Shown here: positions 37,894 to 46,055 of the stretch, piece by piece
How positions within the stretch are numbered: position 1 is the stretch's first letter
How the letters are laid out: every line of letters begins with the position of its first letter
From: Candidatus Staskawiczbacteria bacterium
GTDB taxonomy: Bacteria; Patescibacteriota; Minisyncoccia; Minisyncoccales; Staskawiczbacteraceae
Length of the DNA stretch: 64,000 nt
Direction: 5' to 3'
Assembly (NCBI GenBank): GCA_903928565.1
Contig: CAIYRH010000015.1
Coordinates: forward strand, 11,569 to 75,568
Program-made: the position numbers and the translations under genes
Notes under the pieces: model-generated
Databases searched by the model: none
Seen by the model: only the letters and a program-made list of their open reading frames with translations
What the model was told of the DNA's origin: nothing

Positions 37894-39210
37894 TTATGAG
37901 ACTTCGCCTAGGAAGATGGGTATGGCAAGGCGGCGGCGTTTTGTTTCGCCGCGCAGAAGATTATTTTTCCTTTCTGGAGCATCGCCTCGATCTCCTATGT
38001 GTTGAGCAAATTTGTGTGCCTGAAAACTTGCACCAAGAAAGAGAGTATGCTTTCCATATTTTTCACGAACAACATCAACAGCCTCATAAAGATGCGTAAG
38101 ATTTTGTTTTTTGTTTATTGCGCCAAATAAATCAAGTTGAGAATAATTTTGTTCGTCTAATCCAAAAAGCATAATGCCAGTTGAGCGGTAAAGTTCGTTG
38201 GCGTTAAATATTTTTTCAAATGCCGGTTTAATTGCACAAATTACGTCATTCGGTATAGCGGTGGGCGTGGCAAATTTAATTTCCATTCCACAATCTTTAA
38301 AACTTTGAGTTCGTAAAATAATTATTCCACCTTTTGCTGATAGCCCATATTTTCTGGCCTTAATTGTCGCATTTTCAATGTTTTTGCAAAGTTGAGCAAA
38401 TACAAAAGTTTTATTTTTTGATGGCGGTGAAAAGGTTTTAAATTTTTGAATTGATTGATAATTATTTTTTGGTTCGGCATCAATTTTTTTTATATATTTT
38501 CCGTTAAGTTCTTGCCATATTTCGTAGTGTGGTTTTGTAAAATATTTCTTTACCCATTCTTCGGGTTTTCTAGCAAATTGAAGTGCTGTTGTAACGCCCA
38601 GTTTTGCAAGCAAGGCGGTTGTTTGGCCGCCAACGCCCCATATTTTTTCTATTGGTAAATTTTCAAGATATAAATGAATTGAAATAGCGGGAACAACCGT
38701 AAGCCCCGACGGTTTTTTCCATTTAGATGCAAGCTTGGCAACAACTTTGTTGGGCGCTAAACCAACAGAAAATGTAAAACCAAGTTCTAAATCTAGCGAG
38801 TGCTTAATTTCTTCTGCAATTTTGTCGTAAGACATTCTTAGTGGCCGTTGAAGCCCAGTTATGTCGGCAAAACATTCATCAATTGAATATTCTTCAACGT
38901 CGGGGGTAAAGCGTCTCACAATGTTAAAAAATCTTTTTGAAAGCAGGCTATATGTTTCGTAGTCCGAGGGAAGCAAAACCGCATCGGGGCAAATTTTCAT
39001 TACTTCAGACAAACGCATTGCTCGTGTTACACCACGTGCTTTTGCTTCGTAGCTCATAGACGAAACAATCCCACGTTCTTTGCCGGTAATTACTGGTTTT
39101 CCTTTTAATTTGGGGTTTCTTGATTGCTCACACGAAGCAAAAAAAGCATCGCCATCTATGTGTAGAATTGCTTGAGGAAATCCACCAAGTGACAGTGGCC
39201 TATTTTTCAT
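37894..39210 (-). CDS. dinB: Y-family DNA polymerase (DinB/UmuC)
   Basis: HIDGDAFFAS, SYEAK, YSIDE, AKLAS, IWGVG. Confidence 0.9.
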   Translation of the reverse strand: MKNRPLSLGGFPQAILHIDGDAFFASCEQSRNPKLKGKPVITGKERGIVSSMSYEAKARGVTRAMRLSEVMKICPDAVLLPSDYETYSLLSKRFFNIVRRFTPDVEEYSIDECFADITGLQRPLRMSYDKIAEEIKHSLDLELGFTFSVGLAPNKVVAKLASKWKKPSGLTVVPAISIHLYLENLPIEKIWGVGGQTTALLAKLGVTTALQFARKPEEWVKKYFTKPHYEIWQELNGKYIKKIDAEPKNNYQSIQKFKTFSPPSKNKTFVFAQLCKNIENATIKARKYGLSAKGGIIILRTQSFKDCGMEIKFATPTAIPNDVICAIKPAFEKIFNANELYRSTGIMLFGLDEQNYSQLDLFGAINKKQNLTHLYEAVDVVREKYGKHTLFLGASFQAHKFAQHIGDRGDAPERKNNLLRGETKRRRLAIPIFLGEVS

Positions 39211-39211
39211 A

Positions 39212-39781
39212 TTAATATTTTCTTATTACTGCTTTTACTATAGCTCCAATTGTTAAAGATTCTTCTGGATATAAATTTTTAAATTTTTCGTTAGCTGGTT
39301 CAAGCCAAATTTTATTGCCTTGTTTTTTGTAATATTTAATTGTCCAATCGCCATCAATTTGCGCAATAACAATGTCTCCATCTTTTGCATTTGTTCCTTT
39401 TTCTACAAGGGCCATGTCACCCTCTAAAATGCCAGCGTCTTTCATTGAGTCGCCCTTAATGGTTAAAATATATGTTGCTTCTTTGTTACGAATTAAAAAT
39501 TCATCAAGCGACATTGTGTCGTTTAATTCTTCGTCAGCTGGAGAGGGGAAGCCGGCTTCAACAATGCCAAGTTTGCGAATTTCGCTAAACAAAGATGTGG
39601 GCAAAATGTGCCCGGTTTTGTCTTTGTTAATGTAGCCCGCGTCAACAAGCCGTAAAACAAGTTTGTAAACTGCGTTTTTTGATTTTAAACCAACAAGCAA
39701 CCCAAGCTCGCTATAACTTGGCATTCTTTTTTTTGTTTGATAAAAACCTTGCAACTTGCTAACTATTATTTGTTTTTCCAT
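39212..39781 (-). CDS. lexA: LexA-type repressor with UmuD-like S24 peptidase domain
   Basis: HTH RMPSYSELGLLVGLKS, AG cleavage site in VEAGFPSPA, GDSM, TIKY; start at MEKQII. Confidence 0.85.
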   Translation of the reverse strand: MEKQIIVSKLQGFYQTKKRMPSYSELGLLVGLKSKNAVYKLVLRLVDAGYINKDKTGHILPTSLFSEIRKLGIVEAGFPSPADEELNDTMSLDEFLIRNKEATYILTIKGDSMKDAGILEGDMALVEKGTNAKDGDIVIAQIDGDWTIKYYKKQGNKIWLEPANEKFKNLYPEESLTIGAIVKAVIRKY

Positions 39782-39796
39782 ACATATATTATATAT

Positions 39797-39808
39797 GAAC
39801 GAACGTTC
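39797..39808. promoter_or_regulatory. Putative LexA box GAAC-N4-GTTC
   Basis: GAACGAACGTTC next to a TATAAT (-10, - strand 39788-39793) upstream of lexA; matches the Firmicutes/Actinobacteria-type SOS box. Confidence 0.7.
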
Positions 39809-39843
39809 ACCTACAAGCCCAGTTTTCCACACGGTATTTTATG

Positions 39844-39915
39844 TTGACTTTGTGCAAATTACGTTGTAATTTATATATACCCTCAACATGGTGTTGTGGG
39901 CGAACCTTAAAAATC
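39844..39915 (+). repeat. Cassette 5' element copy 1 (promoter + hairpin + boxA-like motif)
   Basis: Colinear with 41353-41424. Confidence 0.8.
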
Positions 39916-39933
39916 CGTGGGAAGGAAATACAC

Positions 39934-40221
39934 ATGAAACTACAAGTAGGGCAAAGAAGTAAATCTAATCTCGCTCAAAAAGATGGGCTTGCATTAGTCA
40001 GATTTGTGGCATTTGGAATTGTGAAGCCAAGCCAAATAGTATTCAGGCATTCTTGCTTGGGCTGCAACGCATCGGTAGACATCAAACTATCCGAGACCGA
40101 CGACGGAAAAATTTGGCTGGAAGGCCCCGATTATTGTTCGCGATGTGGTGCCAGACTGACGCCTCAAGAGCCCAAAGCAAAGAAGTTAACTCAAAGACAG
40201 ATCAGCAACTACTTTGGATAA
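39934..40221 (+). CDS. Zinc-ribbon orphan protein
   Basis: SD GAAGGA, CLGC...CSRC. Confidence 0.65.
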   Translation: MKLQVGQRSKSNLAQKDGLALVRFVAFGIVKPSQIVFRHSCLGCNASVDIKLSETDDGKIWLEGPDYCSRCGARLTPQEPKAKKLTQRQISNYFG

Positions 40222-40256
40222 CCAACCGCAATTAGGGTGAAGTACAGCTTCATCAA

Positions 40257-40328
40257 CACCCCGAGAATCATCAAGGGGTTCTTTTTTTGTTCCGTAATAT
40301 TTCTATTTTATTGTGCGACAAATTTTAC
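40257..40328 (+). repeat. Cassette 3' element copy 1 (terminator + TTGTGCGACAA)
   Basis: Homologous to 42094-42158. Confidence 0.8.
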
Positions 40329-40401
40329 GCTAGTCGGCTTTAAATCGAGGTGCTTTTGGTGATATAATAAGTTAATTAGTTGAAGCATAAAAATTAAAAT
40401 T

Positions 40402-40764
40402 ATGGATGAAGAAGAAATAAAAAAGAAACTGACTCCCGCGCAATACAAAGTTTTGAGGGAGAAGGGGACAGAAGTCCCTTTTTCGGGGAAATATGTACAT
40501 AAAACAGAAGATGGAAGCTATGTTTGTATGGTGTGTGGTAACTTTTTATTTTCATCTGATGCTCAATTTGATTCTGGCACCGGTTGGCCAAGTTTTGATA
40601 AGGCCATTGAAGGGTCGGTTGAATATAAAGATGACCACGGAGCAACTGAGATAATTTGTTCAAACTGTAAATCTCATTTGGGGCATGTTTTTAATGATGG
40701 CCCAACAGAAACGGGAAAGAGATTTTGTATAAATTCGGTTTGCTTAAACTTAAAAAATAAATAA
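40402..40764 (+). CDS. msrB: Peptide-methionine (R)-S-oxide reductase
   Basis: GTEVPFSG, SGTGWPSF, HLGHVFNDGP, RFCINS. Confidence 0.96.
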   Translation: MDEEEIKKKLTPAQYKVLREKGTEVPFSGKYVHKTEDGSYVCMVCGNFLFSSDAQFDSGTGWPSFDKAIEGSVEYKDDHGATEIICSNCKSHLGHVFNDGPTETGKRFCINSVCLNLKNK

Positions 40765-40795
40765 AAAAAGGGATTTTTAGTTCCCTTGGTAAAAT

Positions 40796-41308
40796 ATGAT
40801 TACAGAAAAAGAAGCAGTGCAACTATTAGAAAGCATGGCTTCTGACAAAAATGTTAAACACTGTAGGGGCGTAGCAGAGGCGGCTTTTGAGTTGGCAACA
40901 AAAATTAAAAAGAAAAACTCGCAGCTGAATATTGATCCACTGAAGATTAAAATAGCTGCTTTATTGCATGACATTGGGAAGTGCAGGGAAGGCGTTCATG
41001 AATTGAATACAATAGAAATTCTTAAAAGGGAGGGGCTTGATGATATAGCTGACATTGCCATGCACGGATTTTTGTATGAGATATGTCTGTTGGAAGGTAA
41101 AAATACCCATGGGCTTTTGCCAAAAAATCTTGAAAACAAAATAGTTGTTTTAGCTGATATGTATTATAACCAAAAAGAAGAGCGGGTAAGCCTGGAGCAA
41201 AGATTTGAAGATATGGAAAGCAGATACGGTGATCTATTTTTAAAAGCAATACGTTTGGCAAAACCAAGAATGATAAAACTTGAAGAAGAAATTAGTAATT
41301 TAATTTAA
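40796..41308 (+). CDS. HD-domain (HDIG) phosphohydrolase
   Basis: VKHCRGV, AALLHDIGK, KIVVLAD. Confidence 0.85.
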   Translation: MITEKEAVQLLESMASDKNVKHCRGVAEAAFELATKIKKKNSQLNIDPLKIKIAALLHDIGKCREGVHELNTIEILKREGLDDIADIAMHGFLYEICLLEGKNTHGLLPKNLENKIVVLADMYYNQKEERVSLEQRFEDMESRYGDLFLKAIRLAKPRMIKLEEEISNLI

Positions 41309-41322
41309 TAATGTAAATAAAT

Positions 41323-41351
41323 AAAAAAAGAGGGGATTGGCCTCTTTTTTT
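41323..41351. terminator. Terminator after HD gene
   Basis: A run-GAGG...CCTC-T run. Confidence 0.65.
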
Positions 41352-41352
41352 A

Positions 41353-41424
41353 TTGACTTTTTGATATTTTTGTTTTAGTTTATATATACCCATAACACGG
41401 TGTTTTGGGCGAACCTTGAAAATA
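41353..41424 (+). repeat. Cassette 5' element copy 2
   Basis: Colinear with 39844-39915. Confidence 0.8.
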
Positions 41425-41430
41425 TCAACG

Positions 41431-42060
41431 ATGAAAACACGATATTTATTGATTGCGCTTCTGTGCGCATTGACGCTTGGCTGCCAAAAGGCGCCGAAAA
41501 CAGAAGATGAAGCGTTTGGTGATTTTGCCAAGAGCGTTCTTGCGGCTGGGAAGGCAAAAGATTCTGGCACATTTATTAACAAGTTGAGTATGGCAAGTGT
41601 TGCCGACCTTAACGCTTTGGTTGAAGTGCTGAAAAAAGCAAATCTTCAGATTAGCCTTAATGAAAACGAGGAAAAGCCCACGGACGCCGAGATTCGGAAA
41701 GAAGCCGAAGCAAATGTGCGATTATTTATGGATTCATATGCCGACGTTTTTGAGGCCGATGGTATGCTTTCTTGCGTTGTAACTGCGCAAGATACAGAGA
41801 TAAAGGGAGCAAATGTTTATTCCATGATCATTTGGGCTAAACACAAAGACGGAAAATTTCGTGGGATCAAAATTGACAGCGCTTGGAAGAGAGATGACGG
41901 CACAATTAAGGTTATCACCTGGACACAGCTTGATGGCTACGCAGCAAGCAAGCATGCCTCCAAGAAGAAGGCTATTCTGGAGTGCGACACAGTTGAAGCC
42001 TGTGACTATCCAAACATGATAACGTATGAATATGTTTTCAGTAAATATGACATGAACTAG
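41431..42060 (+). CDS. Orphan predicted lipoprotein
   Basis: MKTRYLLIALLCALTLGC signal peptide with lipobox. Confidence 0.7.
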   Translation: MKTRYLLIALLCALTLGCQKAPKTEDEAFGDFAKSVLAAGKAKDSGTFINKLSMASVADLNALVEVLKKANLQISLNENEEKPTDAEIRKEAEANVRLFMDSYADVFEADGMLSCVVTAQDTEIKGANVYSMIIWAKHKDGKFRGIKIDSAWKRDDGTIKVITWTQLDGYAASKHASKKKAILECDTVEACDYPNMITYEYVFSKYDMN

Positions 42061-42093
42061 GCGAGCAATTGCTACTTGGTATGAACCCATTCT

Positions 42094-42158
42094 CACCCGA
42101 GAATCCTTAAGGGTTCTTTTTTTGTACGCCTAAATTTTTATTGTGCGACAAATCTAAC
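42094..42158 (+). repeat. Cassette 3' element copy 2 (terminator + TTGTGCGACAA)
   Basis: Homologous to 40257-40328. Confidence 0.8.
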
Positions 42159-42164
42159 ATTGCA

Positions 42165-42189
42165 TAACCGACCAAATTAGTCGGTTATG
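42165..42189. terminator. Hairpin just after the xer stop
   Basis: CATAACCGAC/GTCGGTTATG 10-bp stem, no clear T run. Confidence 0.5.
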
Positions 42190-42197
42190 GTGCTTAA

Positions 42198-43169
42198 TTA
42201 CGTCTTATCTGGGTCGGAATGAAACTGATGATGAATGTCACGCAAGCGTTTGTTTGTTACGTGCGTGTAAATTTGAGTGGTGGCGATATTTGAATGGCCA
42301 AGAAATTCTTGAATGCTTCGAAGGTCAACACCTTGGTTCATTAAATCTGTTGCATATGAATGTCTAAGTGTGTGAGGTGTGGTAAAAATTGGCACGCCTG
42401 AAAGTAATGCATATTTTTTAACCATGCGTTCAATAGATCTTGGCGTAAGCCGGGCATTTGTATCATCTTTTTTATCGCGAAAATTTATAAACAAAGCTTT
42501 TTGGTTGGCATGCGAAACATCATTTCTTATTTTAAGATAATCTTTAATAAAATTAATGGCACGTTCAGAAAAATAAACAACGCGCGGTTTTCCGCCCTTT
42601 CCAATAACTCCAAGTTCCATGTCCCTTTTTTCTTTCAAACTATTAAACTGTTCAAGGTTGAGTGAAACCAATTCGGCAATGCGCAAACCAGTTGAGAAAA
42701 AGGATTCTAAAATAGCCCTGTCGCGGGTGGTTATGTTGTCTTTAGGCTCTATAGAGGCCAAAAGCTTACTAACTTGGTCCAGGGTAAGGAATTTAACGCT
42801 TTTTAGCGCTCTATCGGCCTTTGCAAGGGCTATTTTGTCTGGGGGCAGTGAAAGTACGTCTTTTGCCACAAAGTAGCCTAAAAAAGCTCTTAGAGCGATT
42901 AAATAGTAGTTTTGGGTGCCCTTAGATAGCAATTTACCGGTGGCTGGGCTTGGGGTGCGGGAAAGGTATAAACGATAGGTCCAAATATGGTCTGCGGTTA
43001 ATTGATGGGGGAGCAGAAGGTCATTTTTGCTCTCGGCGAGCCAATAAAAAAACTTAATTAAATAATTTTTATAATTCTCTTGAGTATTTTTTCTTAAACC
43101 TTTTTCAACTTCACAAAAGTCTAAAAAATCTTGTAGATGTTCTTTAATTGGTTTTGATGATTTTTGCAT
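42198..43169 (-). CDS. Tyrosine recombinase XerC/XerD family
   Basis: N-terminal SAM-like domain, TGLRIAEL, GKGGK, HTLRHSYAT, LGHSNIATTQIY. Confidence 0.94.
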   Translation of the reverse strand: MQKSSKPIKEHLQDFLDFCEVEKGLRKNTQENYKNYLIKFFYWLAESKNDLLLPHQLTADHIWTYRLYLSRTPSPATGKLLSKGTQNYYLIALRAFLGYFVAKDVLSLPPDKIALAKADRALKSVKFLTLDQVSKLLASIEPKDNITTRDRAILESFFSTGLRIAELVSLNLEQFNSLKEKRDMELGVIGKGGKPRVVYFSERAINFIKDYLKIRNDVSHANQKALFINFRDKKDDTNARLTPRSIERMVKKYALLSGVPIFTTPHTLRHSYATDLMNQGVDLRSIQEFLGHSNIATTQIYTHVTNKRLRDIHHQFHSDPDKT

Positions 43170-43184
43170 AGTTTTATTTAGGCC

Positions 43185-43341
43185 GCCTTATATAACGTCT
43201 CTTTACCTACATTTTGCGACATACTATATACCTCTATAATAGTCTCCCCTTGGGCTCAGGTCAAGACCTAATAATCCACAAAAGACGACCCAGGCATCAA
43301 TTTTGCTGGCGCATGCGTGCATAATAATTATTTACATCACT
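43185..43341. other. Two candidate dif-like sites (ATAA-N6-TTTAC cores) upstream of xer
   Basis: GCCTTATATAA-CGTCTC-TTTACCTACAT (43185-43212) and TGCGTGCATAA-TAATTA-TTTACATCACT (43314-43341), at the gene-orientation switch. Confidence 0.4.
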
Positions 43342-43436
43342 ATTCCCCACACTTTTAGATATAATTTTAAAAAAATAATTTTTTATTTTTCTTAAATATT
43401 TTTCTAAATTATTTTTTTTCTTTCACTAGCACAAAT

Positions 43437-43988
43437 TTAACTGACTCTCCCCCATTTTGATGGATCTTCAATAAACTTGATATAAGCCTCGCGCAGAAGC
43501 TTGGCATCGTCTAAAGCGTTGTGTTGGTTATATTTAGAACGGTCAATGCCAAGTCTTTTAAGAAGTTCTGCATTATTTTCTGAATAATAAGCTGTGGGGT
43601 CTATTCCGTGTGCAAATAACATTGTTGCAAAATCAACGGAAACTAATTGAAAAGGGTTATCAATAGTGTCATCAACAGACATTAATAATTTTTGCCAGTA
43701 CATTGCATCATCTTGGTTTATGTAACCAACAGCGTAAGGCTTTGTATTACCAACAAATTCACTAATTTTTTTAACAGCTTCTTTTGCAGTAATGCGATTG
43801 CCTGTTAGAAAGGGCATCACGTGACTTTTAACCCAATCGCTGGCCTCCCCACTATATTCTAACTCTACATATAATTCTTCACCGGTAAATTTTACCAAGC
43901 CAATTGAAATTAGCTCGGCCTTGTTTGGGTCTAAACTAGTAAACTCAGTGTCAAAAAATATTATATTATCTGAAAATGGTTTTATCAT
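43437..43988 (-). CDS. DEDDh 3'-5' exonuclease (RNase AS/DUF5051-like)
   Basis: FFDTEFT, SDWVKSHVMP, HNALDDA. Confidence 0.85.
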   Translation of the reverse strand: MIKPFSDNIIFFDTEFTSLDPNKAELISIGLVKFTGEELYVELEYSGEASDWVKSHVMPFLTGNRITAKEAVKKISEFVGNTKPYAVGYINQDDAMYWQKLLMSVDDTIDNPFQLVSVDFATMLFAHGIDPTAYYSENNAELLKRLGIDRSKYNQHNALDDAKLLREAYIKFIEDPSKWGRVS

Positions 43989-44007
43989 AATTGATGCCTG
44001 CACTGCT

Positions 44008-44026
44008 TGCGCTGAGCTTGCCGAAG
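44008..44026 (-). repeat. Family B short element CTTCGGCAAGCTCAG (intergenic)
   Basis: Similar to 58848-58869 and 21888-21908. Confidence 0.55.
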
Positions 44027-44056
44027 AAAGCCATAGCCGAATTGTCGCACAATAAA

Positions 44057-44449
44057 CTATGCATTCTTAAAATAATTTATCAAATCCTCTGTATCTTTTG
44101 CTATATAGTCAAAAAAGGCTTTTCCCCATTCGCTGAACTCTCTAGTTTCTTCAACAGTTAATCCAACTACTTTTTTACCTAAAGCCTTTGCATATCCCGC
44201 TTCTAAGTATATTCCTCTAGTATCCGAAAGCGCCACTATAACTCCGTCGCAATTTCTTATGACCTCTAACTCTTTTTCCAATAAATCTTTTCCGGATAGG
44301 GATTGATCGGCATCTCTATACGGTAAGAATATTTTGATGCCAACTTCTTCTAATGCCTTGCAGAGCTTTTCGTTACGAGTTAGTTTTTTAAAATCTAACT
44401 CGTTGGTTCGGACGTTAACGTTAACGTGTGGAGTCGCAAAATAGTACAT
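44057..44449 (-). CDS. Nucleoside 2-deoxyribosyltransferase / Rcl-like N-glycosidase
   Basis: YYFATP, FLPYRD, IRNCDGVIVAL, GIYLEAGYAKALGKKV. Confidence 0.85.
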   Translation of the reverse strand: MYYFATPHVNVNVRTNELDFKKLTRNEKLCKALEEVGIKIFLPYRDADQSLSGKDLLEKELEVIRNCDGVIVALSDTRGIYLEAGYAKALGKKVVGLTVEETREFSEWGKAFFDYIAKDTEDLINYFKNA

Positions 44450-44455
44450 ATATAT

Positions 44456-45985
44456 TTAATTTAACATTTTTATCGCGTCGTAAATGCGTTTTAGGGTTTT
44501 TTCTCGGCCTAAAATGTTGGCTATTTCAAATGGGCTGGGCGACATGTTTTTGCCCGAAAGAGCCACGCGTAATGGCCACAGCATGTAGCCTCTATTTTTT
44601 TCAGGGTAACCTTTTTCTAAATTAAATTTTTCTGCAACAGAAAACATTTCCGTTTCCATTACTTTTAAATCCCAATTTTTTATTTCACCCAATATTTTTT
44701 CTGACAACATTAGGGCATCTTTAACATCACTGTCCCCCATTTTCTGCCACCTCAATAATTCTTTTTCAAAAATTAATTTATCTTTAAAGAAAAAATCTGA
44801 AAGTTCTACAATGTCTGATAATTTTTTCATTCTGTTGCGCGACACTTCAACAATTTCCTGTAATTGATTTTGTGTCATTTGGCCAATTACCAGCAACCCC
44901 GTTTCTTTTAAATATGGCACGCAAAGCTCAGTTAATTTTTCTATTGATTTCTCGCGAATATAAAAACCATTTAGAAAGTCCAATCTTTGAATGTTAAAAA
45001 CAGCTCCTGCCTTTTGCACTTTTTCAATTGAAAATTCTTTTGCCAGTTGAGCTAGTGTAAAAACTTCTTTTTCTGTGCCCGGATTCCAGCCCAATAAAAC
45101 CATAAAGTTAACAATTGCCTCGGGTAAATAACCATTTTTATGGTAATCTGCAAGTGCAACATCGCCCTGTCGTTTTGAAAGCTTACTGCGGTCTGTGTTT
45201 AACATTAAGGGCAAATGAGCATATGTTGGTTGATAAAAATCTAAGGCTTGTTGAATTAATATTTGGCGAGGCGTATTAGGCAAATGTTCTTCGCCTCTAA
45301 TTACATGACTAATTTGCATTAAAAAGTCATCAACAACAACTGCAAAGTGATACAATGGGGCTTCCATATTTTTTGCAATAACAATGTCGCCCAGTAAATT
45401 GGCATCAAACTCTACTACCCCGCGCACTAAATCGGTAAATTTAACTTTGCTTGTGCCCCGAGGGGTATTATTTTCAATTTTAAATCTAATAACAGACGGT
45501 TCGCCACTTGCTAGTTTTTTTTCTACAACTTCTGGTGACAAATGAGTACAAGTGCGGTCGTATTTAGGAGCTAATCCCCTACTCATTTGCTCTTGTCTTT
45601 TATTTTCTAATTCTTCTTCTGTGCAAAAACAATAATATGCTTTTTTTTCTTCTAAAAGTTTTTCTAAATATTTTTTATAAATGTCAATTCTTTGCGACTG
45701 TTTATAGGGGCCAAAATTTCCGTCTATGTCTGGGCCTTCGTCCCAGGCAATCCCCAACCATTTTAATTCTTCTAGAATTTCGTCTGTCCATTTTTGTTCG
45801 CTTCTTTGAGTGTCGGTGTCTTCAATGCGTAAAATAAATTTGCCCTTATTTTGTTTGGCAAATAAATAATTAAACAACGCCGTGCGTGAACCGCCCACGT
45901 GAAGTGGCCCCGTTGGCGACGGCGCAAACCTCACTCTCACCGTCTTTGGCTCGATATTTTTTCCTGTTTTATTTTTTTTAATCAT
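44456..45985 (-). CDS. gltX: Glutamate--tRNA ligase
   Basis: RFAPSPTGPLHVGG, LRIEDTD, IRGEEH, KLSKR. Confidence 0.97.
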   Translation of the reverse strand: MIKKNKTGKNIEPKTVRVRFAPSPTGPLHVGGSRTALFNYLFAKQNKGKFILRIEDTDTQRSEQKWTDEILEELKWLGIAWDEGPDIDGNFGPYKQSQRIDIYKKYLEKLLEEKKAYYCFCTEEELENKRQEQMSRGLAPKYDRTCTHLSPEVVEKKLASGEPSVIRFKIENNTPRGTSKVKFTDLVRGVVEFDANLLGDIVIAKNMEAPLYHFAVVVDDFLMQISHVIRGEEHLPNTPRQILIQQALDFYQPTYAHLPLMLNTDRSKLSKRQGDVALADYHKNGYLPEAIVNFMVLLGWNPGTEKEVFTLAQLAKEFSIEKVQKAGAVFNIQRLDFLNGFYIREKSIEKLTELCVPYLKETGLLVIGQMTQNQLQEIVEVSRNRMKKLSDIVELSDFFFKDKLIFEKELLRWQKMGDSDVKDALMLSEKILGEIKNWDLKVMETEMFSVAEKFNLEKGYPEKNRGYMLWPLRVALSGKNMSPSPFEIANILGREKTLKRIYDAIKMLN

Positions 45986-46005
45986 TCTATTTTTTATTAT
46001 TTTCT

Positions 46006-46027
46006 CAGGTTAACATATGTTAACCTG
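46006..46027. repeat. 22-bp perfect palindrome CAGGTTAACATATGTTAACCTG
   Basis: Same CAGGTT-N10-AACCTG architecture as 3218 and 4062. Confidence 0.75.
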
Positions 46028-46055
46028 GCTGACAATAAGCCCACTGGATGAAGTT

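Noticed and set aside
42198..43169. Prophage or classical integron integrase
   Set aside because: XerC/D-like size and motifs, no phage genes, no recognisable attC (RYYYAAC...GTTRRRY) arrays
43260..43430. oriC (AT-rich tract, TAATCCACA DnaA-box-like)
   Set aside because: Only one imperfect box, no dnaA/dnaN, and genes converge on this region rather than diverge
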